This document shows, piece by piece, positions 9,531 to 18,584 of a stretch of 64,000 bases of DNA. The stretch comes from an uncultured Gemmatimonadales bacterium. GTDB taxonomy: Bacteria; Gemmatimonadota; Gemmatimonadetes; Gemmatimonadales; GWC2-71-9. Position 1 is the first letter of the stretch. Each line of letters begins with the position of its first letter. The DNA lies in NCBI GenBank assembly GCA_963843115.1, contig CAWJJB010000007.1, positions 2,203,282 through 2,267,281 on the forward strand, in the 5' to 3' direction. The notes below the pieces were generated by a model that ran no database searches, had not been told where the DNA came from, and saw only the letters and a list, made by a program, of their open reading frames with translations. The position numbers and the translations under genes are program-made.

Positions 9531-9993
9531 CTACCGCGATGGGCCACCATGGACCCTGTTCCGCACCCGCTCGGCAACGGGCGCGCACCGGGTGATCTGG
9601 GCAGATCTCGCGCGTCGACTGGAGGCCGCGGCGCTCACCGGCGCCGAGTCGGCCACGCTGGTGCCCCTCAATACCTGTTATGTGCTGGTCACCGCCGACG
9701 CTACCACCGCACTCGTGCTGGCTGCGCTCCTCAACTCGACCTGGATGCGGGCCCTCGCACAGGTGCAGGCACCGCTGGCGGCGAGCGGCTTCCGCCGTTT
9801 CAACGCGCGTGTGGTCGAGTCACTGCCCATTCCAGCTGGCGCCCTGGAGGATGGTGTACTGGGCCGGTTGGCAGCCAGCGAGAAGGGCGCTGGCACCAGC
9901 GCCGCGATCGACCGGCGAGTGGCGCAACTGCTCGATCTCACGCACGAGGAGCAGGAGGCACTGGGTGGGACTGCCGCCGCGCATTGTCGCTGA
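9241..9993 (+). CDS. C-terminal (TaqI_C/target-recognition-like) part of the methyltransferase, frame 1
   Basis: PLGERWKCQLGVKTGADSVFL matches the G(I/V)xTGxDxxF motif of Eco57I/TaqI C-terminal domains. The stop overlaps the helicase GTG start by 29 nt. ATG 9241 or 9205 is only a nominal start if this is a frame-shifted continuation. Confidence 0.65.
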   Translation: MSRRAWRREHSPLGERWKCQLGVKTGADSVFLAAKPDIEPQLMRRAVRGRDIRTGQVNPVKWLRWPCDAAGEPLLVLPPRAAAYFKPLRARLCRRSDYRDGPPWTLFRTRSATGAHRVIWADLARRLEAAALTGAESATLVPLNTCYVLVTADATTALVLAALLNSTWMRALAQVQAPLAASGFRRFNARVVESLPIPAGALEDGVLGRLAASEKGAGTSAAIDRRVAQLLDLTHEEQEALGGTAAAHCR

Positions 9994-10654
9994 GGCGCTG
10001 GAGGATGTTGCCGATGCTCGCGCCACGGCGCTCCACGCAGGACCGTCCGCACCAGTGACGCTGGTGGCCCGGGGTATCGCCGCCGCCCTGCTGCCGCCGG
10101 AGGCGAGAGTGCAGCCGCCCGACTGGCTCTGGGCATCGCTGGCCACGCCCTTCCGCCGGGCGGTACATGCACTCGAGCGACACGGCGGTGCATTGATTGC
10201 ACTGCCGGTGGGCAGCGGAAAGACATGGCTCGCACTTGCCCTCGCCCTCCGCAGCAACGACGAAGCATCGACATCGGTCCTCGTGCCAGCCCCCCTGCGG
10301 GGTCACTGGATCAGGACGGCAGGATCCGTTGGGGCAACGGTGGAGGTCGTGTCGCACGCCCGCGCGAGCCGGGGCGGCCTGAAGCCGGGGCGTGGCCTCG
10401 TCATCATCGATGAGAGCCACCACTTCAGGAATCGGCTCACCCGCCGCTACGCCCTGGTGGCGCCCTGGTTGCTTGGTCGGCCCGGCGTGCTCCTGTCGGC
10501 CACACCGGTGGTCAACCGACTCGACGACCTGGCGGCGCAACTCCGCCTGGTGGTGCGTGATGACGCGCTGGCGACGAGCGGCATCGGCTCGCTGTCGACG
10601 CTGCTCGCCAGCGGCGAAGGACATCCGGCGCTGAGCGACCTGGTGATCTCGTGA
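9965..10654 (+). CDS. SF2/SNF2-type helicase, N-terminal ATPase lobe
   Basis: Motif I LPVGSGKTW, Ia VLVPAPL, II IIDESHHFRN, III LLSATPVVN. Start placed at GTG 9965; the track ORF opens at 9680 inside the MTase C-terminus. Confidence 0.75.
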   Translation: MGLPPRIVAEALEDVADARATALHAGPSAPVTLVARGIAAALLPPEARVQPPDWLWASLATPFRRAVHALERHGGALIALPVGSGKTWLALALALRSNDEASTSVLVPAPLRGHWIRTAGSVGATVEVVSHARASRGGLKPGRGLVIIDESHHFRNRLTRRYALVAPWLLGRPGVLLSATPVVNRLDDLAAQLRLVVRDDALATSGIGSLSTLLASGEGHPALSDLVIS

Positions 10655-12189
10655 CGCCGGCGGGGCCACAGTTGCTGCGTCTCGTCGATGGCCTCGAGCT
10701 GTCGGCCGATGGCCCTGCGGCGGCGCTGATCCGGCGGGTATTCTGGCGTGCAATGGCGTCGAGTCCCGCCGCCCTCGCCGAGACAGCGGCCGCCTATGAG
10801 CGACTCCTGCTGCATGCTGCGGACGCGGCACGGGCCGGTCGATGCGTCAACCGGGGCGATGTTCGTCGATTCACCGGGGTCGACGATGGCCAGCTCGTAC
10901 TGTGGGAACTGGTGGCCCACCCGGGCGAATGCATCCTGTCGGTGGGCGACCTCCCCGCCCTGGGAGAGCTCCGGCGCGCCGCCGATGCCGCATGCCATGG
11001 CGACGATTCCCGTGCTGGTGCCCTGCGCCTGCTGCTGTCCGATGAGATTCCGTCACTGGTGTTCAGTACGCGCCGGGCAACCGTCCGCTACCTCCGTGAC
11101 CGACTGGTTCACCTCCGACCGGCGTGGTGCAGCGGGGTCGCGGCCGGAATCGGCGCCTTGCGCGCGCCGCGAGGTGTCGTGCTCGACTGGTTTCGGACCG
11201 ACGCCCCGGCCAGCCCGCTGGCACCGCGCCACCTGATCACCACCGACGTCGCCGCTGAGGGGCTCGATCTCGCACGGCTGCGGCGCGTGGTGCACTACGA
11301 CCTGCCGTGGACTCCGGCCCGCGTTGAGCAGCGGGAGGGTCGGAGTCGCCGCGGCGCGTCGGCGCACCGCAGCACGAGCCACACCATTCCGGTTCCGTCG
11401 GCGCTCGAGCAGCGCCTGCATCTTGGTGCGATCCTCCAGCGGAAGCGGGAACTCCCGTCACGCGTCGGCGTGGGTGGCGGCGAGGCCAGCATCTGGCGAT
11501 GGCGAGAGGCACTTGCCCGCGACCTGGGTACCGGCCCAGGCGTTACCGGCGTGGCGGTGGTGACAGGTTCCGCTCCCGGCCTCCTCGCGGGCCTCGAGGT
11601 CCTTGAAATACCAGGCGACCATGCGACGGGCGCGGTCGTTGGACGATCGCTGGCGTGGAGTGGTGCTGGGGCGACGTGGCACAGTGAAGCGGAAGCGGTG
11701 CCGGTGCTCCGATGGGCAGCCCTCCAGCCGGATGCGACGCCCGATGTCACCCGGGCGGAGCGGCGTGCGGCGCTGCACCGCCTCGCTGGCGCGGTCCGCG
11801 ACTTGATGCGCCAGCACGAGGCGGCGGCGTGGTGGCGCCGTGGCGATCCCGCCGCTCGCGCCCTCCTCCAGCGTCTCAACGCCATGATGCGCCTGGCAAG
11901 CCGCGAGCGCGACCGGGACAGGCTCGCACTGGTCGAGCGCGCCATGCGGTGGGCCGGGGGCGGTCACACCGCGGGTGAGCGGGTGCTGATCCGGCAGCTT
12001 TGCACCGTTGATGATGCAGGGTTCATGCGACACCTGCCCGCCCTGCCGGCGCCCTCACCCGGGGACGGCTTGCTGGGCGCGCGCTTGAGCGGGCTCATCA
12101 TCATTCGTGACGGCGACCTTCCGTTCCCGGAGCGACGCGATACGTTTGGCGCCCATGGCCACCTTCGAAACAGTGCTCTTCGATCTTGA
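10651..12189 (+). CDS. SF2/SNF2-type helicase, C-terminal lobe plus ~270-aa unknown extension
   Basis: GTG 10651 overlaps the TGA of the previous ORF (GTGA). LVFSTRRATV, ITTDVAAEGLDL (V), HYDLPWTPARVEQREGRSRR (VI). The tail has no recognisable motif. Confidence 0.75.
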   Translation: MTPAGPQLLRLVDGLELSADGPAAALIRRVFWRAMASSPAALAETAAAYERLLLHAADAARAGRCVNRGDVRRFTGVDDGQLVLWELVAHPGECILSVGDLPALGELRRAADAACHGDDSRAGALRLLLSDEIPSLVFSTRRATVRYLRDRLVHLRPAWCSGVAAGIGALRAPRGVVLDWFRTDAPASPLAPRHLITTDVAAEGLDLARLRRVVHYDLPWTPARVEQREGRSRRGASAHRSTSHTIPVPSALEQRLHLGAILQRKRELPSRVGVGGGEASIWRWREALARDLGTGPGVTGVAVVTGSAPGLLAGLEVLEIPGDHATGAVVGRSLAWSGAGATWHSEAEAVPVLRWAALQPDATPDVTRAERRAALHRLAGAVRDLMRQHEAAAWWRRGDPAARALLQRLNAMMRLASRERDRDRLALVERAMRWAGGGHTAGERVLIRQLCTVDDAGFMRHLPALPAPSPGDGLLGARLSGLIIIRDGDLPFPERRDTFGAHGHLRNSALRS

Positions 12190-12802
12190 CGGGACGCTCA
12201 TCAATTCAGTCCAGCTCATCCTGGACAGCTATCACCACACCCTCCGGGTACACGGCATCCCCGCGCGCAGCGACGATGACTGGCTCCGTGGTGTCGGCAC
12301 CCCGCTACGGGTGCAGTTCGCCGAATGGGAGGATGGGAGCGGCATGATCGACCGGCTGGTCGCAACGTACCGAGACTACAACCTCACGCACCACGACTCG
12401 ATGGTCACCGCGTACGACGGCGTCGCCGCGATGCTGCAGGCGGTACGCGCGGCCGGTCGTCGCACGGCGCTCGTCACCAGCAAGAACCGGCAGGGTGCGA
12501 TTCGGGGTCTTAACCTCACGGGGATGGCGCCGTACATTGAAGTGCTGGTTTGCGCCGACGATGTGGAGAATCCCAAGCCGCACCCGGAGCCAGTGCACAA
12601 GGCGCTCGCGCTTCTCGACGCCGATCCAGGCCGCGCCATTTTCTTCGGCGACAGCGTGCACGACATCCATTCCGGGCACGCGGCGGGTGTCAAGACCGGT
12701 GCCGTGCTCTGGGGTCCATTTGGGCGGGAGTACCTTGAGCCGTCGAAACCCGACTACTGGATCGCCCATCCGCGCGACATCCCTGCATTGATTGCCAATT
12801 GA
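12155..12802 (+). CDS. HAD-family hydrolase (PpaX/phosphoglycolate phosphatase-like)
   Basis: Start trimmed to MATFETVLFDLDGTLINS (DxDGT motif I). VTSK and GDSVHD motifs present. Confidence 0.8.
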   Translation: MATFETVLFDLDGTLINSVQLILDSYHHTLRVHGIPARSDDDWLRGVGTPLRVQFAEWEDGSGMIDRLVATYRDYNLTHHDSMVTAYDGVAAMLQAVRAAGRRTALVTSKNRQGAIRGLNLTGMAPYIEVLVCADDVENPKPHPEPVHKALALLDADPGRAIFFGDSVHDIHSGHAAGVKTGAVLWGPFGREYLEPSKPDYWIAHPRDIPALIAN

Positions 12803-12822
12803 CCAGAGCCGAGGAGGGGATT

Positions 12823-14094
12823 GTGTCATTCCAGACAGCGACTCGTTGCGCCGTGGCGATGGCGGCGGGCGCCATCATGCTCTTGCTCGCGCCAGGCGAG
12901 AGCCACGCACAGTTCGGGGGCCTGACGAAGAAGGCCAAGGCACGCGCCGACCAGGCCACGAACCAGGCGGTCGACAAGGGGCTCGACCAGGTTGACCCGA
13001 CCAAGCAGGGATCGACATCGGCCACCCCGGCCCCGGCACCCACGCCGGCCCAGGAAGGTGCCGCAGCACCCGTCGCCGCGACCGCAGCGCCAGCCGCGAA
13101 CGCGAGCCCAGGCGCCACCCCCGCAGCAGCACCGGTCGCCACGGAGTGGGCGAACTACGATTTCGTGCCGGGGAACCGGGTCATCTTCGACCTCGACTAC
13201 AGCGACGACAAGGTCGGCAACTTCCCCGAACGGCTCGAGTACAAGAGCGGCCAACTGGAACTGGTCGAGCTCGACGGCGTGCGGATGCTCAAGGCGAGCG
13301 ACCGCGCCGAGCTCTACATTCCGCTGTCGGAGCCGCTGCCGCCGCGCTACACCATCGAGATAGACTTCATCTCGAAGAATGGCACGTGGGGCGCCATCTC
13401 AGTGGCCGGGGGACGCGAAAAGTCCAGCGATGCGAGCACCCGCGTGGATGTGGGAGACCAGGGCATCGAGATCATGAACGGGTACACCAAGGTGGTGAAC
13501 TCGTACTACTCGGACGCGCAGAAGAAGGCGCTGCAGGGCAGCCTCGTGCACGCGCGCTTCCAGGGCGACAACAAGTACCTCAAGGTCTACACCAATGAGC
13601 GCCGGGTGGCGAACATCCCCAACGCCATGATGGTGCGGGGCAACTCGATCTACCTGTCACTCTGGGGAACGGACGGAGGCGACCGCCCCGTGTACGTGGG
13701 GCGCATCCGCGTCGCCGAAACACAGGCGACGGTATACGACGCCCTCTCATCCGATGGGCGCTGGACGACGCAGGGCATCCTCTTCGAGACGGGCAAGAGC
13801 GAGCCCCTGCCCGAGTCCACCCCCACGCTCAAGGAGATCGCCGCCACGCTGAAGGCGCACCCCGACCTCACGGTGGAGGTGCAGGGTCATACCGACAACG
13901 TCGGGAAGCCGGCCGACAACCTCGCCCTCAGCGACGCACGCGCGGCCGCCGTGAAGTCGGCCCTGGTGCAACAGTATGGAGCCAACCCGGCCCAGCTCAC
14001 CACCAAGGGCTACGGCGACACCAAGCCGGTGGGCGACAACAAGTCGGCCGAGGGACGGCAGAACAACCGGCGGGTGGACCTGGTGAAGTCGTAG
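12823..14094 (+). CDS. OmpA-family protein (signal peptide, Ala/Pro linker, unknown central domain, C-terminal OmpA domain)
   Basis: GTG 12823 lies 6-8 nt after GAGGAGGGG. C-terminus EVQGHTDNVGKPADNLALSDARAAAV...NRRVDLV. Confidence 0.8.
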   Translation: MSFQTATRCAVAMAAGAIMLLLAPGESHAQFGGLTKKAKARADQATNQAVDKGLDQVDPTKQGSTSATPAPAPTPAQEGAAAPVAATAAPAANASPGATPAAAPVATEWANYDFVPGNRVIFDLDYSDDKVGNFPERLEYKSGQLELVELDGVRMLKASDRAELYIPLSEPLPPRYTIEIDFISKNGTWGAISVAGGREKSSDASTRVDVGDQGIEIMNGYTKVVNSYYSDAQKKALQGSLVHARFQGDNKYLKVYTNERRVANIPNAMMVRGNSIYLSLWGTDGGDRPVYVGRIRVAETQATVYDALSSDGRWTTQGILFETGKSEPLPESTPTLKEIAATLKAHPDLTVEVQGHTDNVGKPADNLALSDARAAAVKSALVQQYGANPAQLTTKGYGDTKPVGDNKSAEGRQNNRRVDLVKS

Positions 14095-14100
14095 CCGGGT

Positions 14101-16221
14101 CTACGGCAGGGGCGCTTGCGGCGGCAGCTGCGTCAGGATGAAGGCGAAGTCGAACGCGCTGTCGTGCAGCCGGTCGTAGCGCCCCGACGCCCCGCCGTGC
14201 CCGCCCGGCTGCAGCTTGACCTTGAACAGCAGCGGGTTGGAGTCTGTCTTCAACGCCCGCATGCGAGCGACGTACTTGGCCGACTCCCAGTACGGCACCT
14301 GACTGTCGTTGAGCGAGCTCCGCACGAGGATGGCCGGGTACGCCTTCGCCGACAGGTTGTCGTACGGCGAGTAGGATACCATGTAGTCGTACGCCGGCTT
14401 CTCGTTCGGGTTGCCCCACTCCAGGTACTCCCCTGTGGTCAGCGGCAGTGATGCATCGAGCATCGTGTTCATGACGTCCACGAACGGCACGTAGTTCACC
14501 ACGGCGCGGAACAGCTCCGGCCGCATGTTGGTGACCGCACCCATCAGCAGGCCGCCGGCGCTCCCCCCGGTGATCACCAGGCGGTCGGTCGAGGTGTAGC
14601 CCTCCGTGATGAGGAACTGCGCCACCGCGATGAAGTCGGTGAAGGTGTTCATCTTCGTCATCATCCGGCCACCGTCGTGCCATGGCTTCCCCAACTCGCC
14701 GCCGCCCCGTACATGTGCGGTCGCCAGCACCAGCCCCCGGTCGAGCAGGCTCACGTCGTTGGAGGAGAAGAACACGTCGTTCGGGTAGCCGTAGGATCCG
14801 TAGCCCTCGAGGAGCATTGGCCGCCGGCCATTCAGCACCAGTTCCCGTCGGTACACGAGCGACACCGGCACCTTCGTCCCATCACCAGCCGTGGCCCAGA
14901 TCCGTTCCGACTTGTACTTGTCCGGGTCATAGCCCAGCACCGGCTCACGCTTGAGCAGCGTGCGTTCGCCGGTCCGCACGTTGTAGTCGTACACCGACAT
15001 CGGCGTGATCAACGAGGTGTACGCGAACCGGAACTCCTGCGTCGCAAACTGGTAGTTCTGCGCCGGAAACACAGAGTACGTCGGTTCCGGGAAGCTCACG
15101 TCCTTCGGGTCCTTCCCCTCCAGGGTGCGCACCCGGAAATGCACCAGGCCGGCCTCCCGTTCGGTGGTCACCAGGTGATCGGAGAAGGCGCTGACCCCTT
15201 CCAGCATGGTGTTCGGGCGATTGGGGATCAGCTCCGCCCAACTGGCCCGGCCAGGACTCGCCACCGGTGCAGACACGAGCCTGAAGGTGCGCCCCTTGTC
15301 GTTGGTACGGATAAGGAACCGCTTGCCGACATGGTCGACGTGGTACTCCTGTTCATCCACTCTTGGCGCGATGACGCGCGCGGCCTCGAGCGGCCGGTCG
15401 GCGGGGACATACCGTACTTCCGTGGTCGTGGCGCTCTCGGAGGTGAGCAGGAAATAGCCCTTGCTGCGCGTGCGATTCAGGCCCAGCTCATACAGGTCAT
15501 CCTTTTCCTCGTACACCACCTCCGGCTTGCCACCCAGCGGCTGCCGCAACACCAAATAGGTGCGCTTGGTGACTGAATCCTCCTGCGTGTACATCAGCAT
15601 CTTTCCATCGGTCGACCATGCCACGTTGCCCACCCGCTCCGCCATCGGCGCGCTCACCTCCCCCGTCCGCAGGTCCTTCACGTAGAGCACGTATTGCCGA
15701 TAGCCTGTCGTGTCGAGAGTGTAGGCCAGCCTGGTGCCGTCATCGCTCGGCACCACTGCTCCCGCGCCGACGAACGCCTTTCCCGCACCGATCACGTTGA
15801 GATCGAGGATCACCTGCTCCGTGGAATCCATGCTGCCATGCCGCCGGGCACGGATCGGGTACTGCTTGCCCATTTCGGTTCGGGTGTAGTAAAGCCAGCC
15901 GTCCCGCAGGTATGGCACATCCTCGTCCGTTTCCTTGATGCGGGCCAGCATTTCCCGGTACAGCGTGTCCTGCAGCGCCGCCGTGCCCGCCATCATGCGG
16001 TCGGCGTACGCCTCCTCGGCGCCGAGGTACGCCAGCACCTCCGGGTTCTCGCGGTCGCGGAGCCAGAAATAGTCATCCTCCACCTGGTAGCCATGCGGCT
16101 GTGTCACGTGCGGTACCTTCGGGGCAACCGGTGGCGCGACCTGCGCTGCGAGGGGAGCCGACAGGGAAAGCGCCGCGATCGCTCCCGCGGCGCCAAGACG
16201 ATGCAACAACCGACAGGTCAC
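14101..16221 (-). CDS. ptrB: oligopeptidase B / prolyl oligopeptidase family S9A
   Basis: 706 aa with signal-like N-terminus. GGSAGGLLMGAV nucleophile motif and typical N-terminal propeller region. The GTG start overlaps the upstream TGA (GTGA). Confidence 0.85.
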   Translation of the reverse strand: MTCRLLHRLGAAGAIAALSLSAPLAAQVAPPVAPKVPHVTQPHGYQVEDDYFWLRDRENPEVLAYLGAEEAYADRMMAGTAALQDTLYREMLARIKETDEDVPYLRDGWLYYTRTEMGKQYPIRARRHGSMDSTEQVILDLNVIGAGKAFVGAGAVVPSDDGTRLAYTLDTTGYRQYVLYVKDLRTGEVSAPMAERVGNVAWSTDGKMLMYTQEDSVTKRTYLVLRQPLGGKPEVVYEEKDDLYELGLNRTRSKGYFLLTSESATTTEVRYVPADRPLEAARVIAPRVDEQEYHVDHVGKRFLIRTNDKGRTFRLVSAPVASPGRASWAELIPNRPNTMLEGVSAFSDHLVTTEREAGLVHFRVRTLEGKDPKDVSFPEPTYSVFPAQNYQFATQEFRFAYTSLITPMSVYDYNVRTGERTLLKREPVLGYDPDKYKSERIWATAGDGTKVPVSLVYRRELVLNGRRPMLLEGYGSYGYPNDVFFSSNDVSLLDRGLVLATAHVRGGGELGKPWHDGGRMMTKMNTFTDFIAVAQFLITEGYTSTDRLVITGGSAGGLLMGAVTNMRPELFRAVVNYVPFVDVMNTMLDASLPLTTGEYLEWGNPNEKPAYDYMVSYSPYDNLSAKAYPAILVRSSLNDSQVPYWESAKYVARMRALKTDSNPLLFKVKLQPGGHGGASGRYDRLHDSAFDFAFILTQLPPQAPLP

Positions 16222-17081
16222 GCGAGGCCTGCGCTTTCCCGGATGACGGTGGAGATACCTGACCAGTCGAGGTCGCCCTTGCCCTGAGCCAGCGCCTGGA
16301 GAAACCGGGTGCGCAGAAGATCGGCCAGCGGCAACGGCACCTGGAGGCCATCTCCCGCTTCGAGCACCAGGCGCATGTCCTTGAGGCCAAGCGCCATGGC
16401 GAAACCCGCCGGGGTAAACTGCTGTCGCGCGATCATGCCGCCATAACCGTGGACCACCGGGATACCGAACAGCGTGCCGGTGAGCATGGCGAGCAGGTGC
16501 GCCGGCTCGATGCCGCCCTTTTCGCCGAGCGCGAGCGCCTCGCCCAGGGACTCGATCAACGTGGCGAGCATGAAGTTGCCGCAGAGCTTGGCCACCGCCG
16601 ATTCTGCCGCCCCTGCCATCGGGAAGGTGCCCTTCCCCATCGCCGAGAACACCGGCGCAAGTGTCTCCACGTCCTTCGGCTCACCACCGGGGACGATGAA
16701 CAACTCCTTGCTCGCCGCCCGGTCGGGGCGCCCGAACACCGGCGCGTTCACGAATCGCTGCCCCGCCTGGGCATGCACCGTGGCCAGTTCCGCCGCAAGC
16801 GCCATCGAGATGGTGCTCATCCCCACGTGACTGGCGCCCGGCCTGAGGCTGGCGAGCAGCTTGCCGTCGCCGAAGGTCACCGCCCGCACCGCGGCATCCT
16901 CCGACAGCATGGTCACCACGACATCCGCCAGGCGTACCGCCTCCTCGATGGTGCGGCACGTGGTTGCTCCCTCGACAGATCCCCCGGAGCGATTCCAGGC
17001 GCGAACATCGAAACCGGCGAGCACGAGGTTCCGGGCCATGGGCTGGCCCATCTGTCCGAGACCGAGGAAGGCGATGATCAA
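16218..17081 (-). CDS. NAD(P)-dependent oxidoreductase, 3-hydroxyisobutyrate/6-phosphogluconate dehydrogenase-like
   Basis: IIAFLGLGQMGQPMARNL Rossmann motif. The TTG start overlaps the upstream TGA (TTGA). Confidence 0.8.
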   Translation of the reverse strand: MIIAFLGLGQMGQPMARNLVLAGFDVRAWNRSGGSVEGATTCRTIEEAVRLADVVVTMLSEDAAVRAVTFGDGKLLASLRPGASHVGMSTISMALAAELATVHAQAGQRFVNAPVFGRPDRAASKELFIVPGGEPKDVETLAPVFSAMGKGTFPMAGAAESAVAKLCGNFMLATLIESLGEALALGEKGGIEPAHLLAMLTGTLFGIPVVHGYGGMIARQQFTPAGFAMALGLKDMRLVLEAGDGLQVPLPLADLLRTRFLQALAQGKGDLDWSGISTVIRESAGLA

Positions 17082-18508
17082 TCGACGCCTACCCTTCCAC
17101 GCACCGCATCGATGAGCTTGGCCGGATCGTAGGCGACGCCGTCCTTGTACACCGTCACCACGTTGCGGATCACCGACGGGTCGGCCACCAGGTCACCCCT
17201 GAGCAGGACGAGGTCGGCGATCTTCCCCTTCTCCACCGAGCCGAGCTTGCCCTCGACGCCGAGCACGCGGGCGCCGTTGTAGCTCACCACCTGCACCGCC
17301 TCCTCGGCGTTGAGCCCCGACTCGCGCAGCAGTTCATAGCCCCGCTGGTCGCCGAATCCCGGAAGGGCGCCGCCGTTGCCGGTGGGGTCCACCCCGCTGG
17401 CCATCACGCCACCGGCGGCGTAGAAGGCCTTGTCGAAGGCGAGGGCACGGGCAAAGCCATCCTTGGTGAAGGCGTATCCCGGCATCGAGTCGATGTAGGC
17501 GCGGTTCCTCACGTAGGCCGCCCGCACCACCGGCGTCATGAGCTCGAGGGAGCGCTCGTCCTGTACCGGCCGCCCGGGGGAGAGCGCCTCGTAGATCGCC
17601 ATCGTCGTCGTCATCGACACCTTGTGCGCGATCATCGACTTGATGAGCGACTTGGCCAGCGGACTGTCCCCGCTGACGAGCGAGTCGAGCTGCTTGTACA
17701 CATTCGGCGGGCACTTGTCTGGCTGCTTCCCCTCGATGAAATCGCTGGCGGTGAGCACGCCGTGGGCGAAGTCGTCGATGCCCAGGTCGATCGCCTCCTG
17801 GAAGGTGACCGAGCAGAGGTGGCCCGTCGCCTTGATTCCCTGCTTGTGCGCCTCGTCGATCGCCGCTTTCATCGCGGCCCGTGAAATATCCGTATAGAAC
17901 TTGACCCAGGTGGCCCCCTCCGCCGCCCAGTACGCAACGAACCGGCGCGCCTGTTCGGCGTCGGCCGCCACCGACATCGAACCGCCTCCCTCGGGGCCGG
18001 TGAGGTACGGCGTGGTGACGTGGATACGTGGACCCGGCACCAATCCGGAGTCGATCACGCTCTTCAGGTTGATGTCGGCGTAGGGCGACCGGGTTCCCGT
18101 GGTACGGATCGAGGTGACACCGCTCGCCAGGTAGAGACGCGGCCCCGTGAAGCTCATGGTTACGCCGACACCGCCCGCGGCAGTATAGAACATGTGATCA
18201 TGCATGCCCACGATGCCCGGAATGAGCGTCATCCCGCTGCCGTCCACCACCTGCGCCCCGCCCGGCACCTTCACCTTGCTCGATGGTCCCGCATCGGCGA
18301 TGCGGCCGTCGCGGATCACCACCGTCTGTCCCCGCACCGCTGGTGTACCGTGCCCGTCGATGACGGTGACACCGGTGATGGCCACCACGCTGGAGTCGCT
18401 GCTGACGTATTTCAGTACGTTTTCCGAGAGCGTGGGTCGCTGCGCCTGCACGGCCACCGGGGCCAGCGCCAGGATGGCCGCGACAACGCCTGCCGTGAAT
18501 CGCCTCAT
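17078..18508 (-). CDS. secreted amidohydrolase (metal-dependent hydrolase superfamily)
   Basis: Start trimmed to MRRFTAGVVAAILALAPVAVQAQ (ATG 18508, GGAGGA 3 nt upstream). GMHDHMF HxH metal motif. The ORF track extension to 18970 is non-coding-like. Confidence 0.8.
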   Translation of the reverse strand: MRRFTAGVVAAILALAPVAVQAQRPTLSENVLKYVSSDSSVVAITGVTVIDGHGTPAVRGQTVVIRDGRIADAGPSSKVKVPGGAQVVDGSGMTLIPGIVGMHDHMFYTAAGGVGVTMSFTGPRLYLASGVTSIRTTGTRSPYADINLKSVIDSGLVPGPRIHVTTPYLTGPEGGGSMSVAADAEQARRFVAYWAAEGATWVKFYTDISRAAMKAAIDEAHKQGIKATGHLCSVTFQEAIDLGIDDFAHGVLTASDFIEGKQPDKCPPNVYKQLDSLVSGDSPLAKSLIKSMIAHKVSMTTTMAIYEALSPGRPVQDERSLELMTPVVRAAYVRNRAYIDSMPGYAFTKDGFARALAFDKAFYAAGGVMASGVDPTGNGGALPGFGDQRGYELLRESGLNAEEAVQVVSYNGARVLGVEGKLGSVEKGKIADLVLLRGDLVADPSVIRNVVTVYKDGVAYDPAKLIDAVRGRVGVD

Positions 18509-18527
18509 GGTTCCTCCAGTTGCCTGG

Positions 18528-18584
18528 CTAGTTGATGCCCACGCGCCCGCGCACGGCATTGATGAGTTTCGTCGGGTCATAGCG
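18528..18584 (-). pseudogene. relic 3' end of a second amidohydrolase paralogue
   Basis: The minus strand reads RYDPTKLINAVRGRVGIN-stop. The intact amidohydrolase ends AYDPAKLIDAVRGRVGVD-stop. The protein is similar but the DNA has diverged. There is no upstream body, because the oxidase stop codon abuts it. Confidence 0.6.

Noticed and set aside
10652-10654. TGA recoding (Sec/Trp read-through) to join the two helicase halves. The residues after the stop read RRRG, reminiscent of the helicase xxRR motif.
   Set aside because: Frame 2 hits another stop 24 codons later with a Cys/Ser-rich non-protein-like translation. The helicase C-lobe motifs are in frame 1, so read-through cannot produce the full enzyme.
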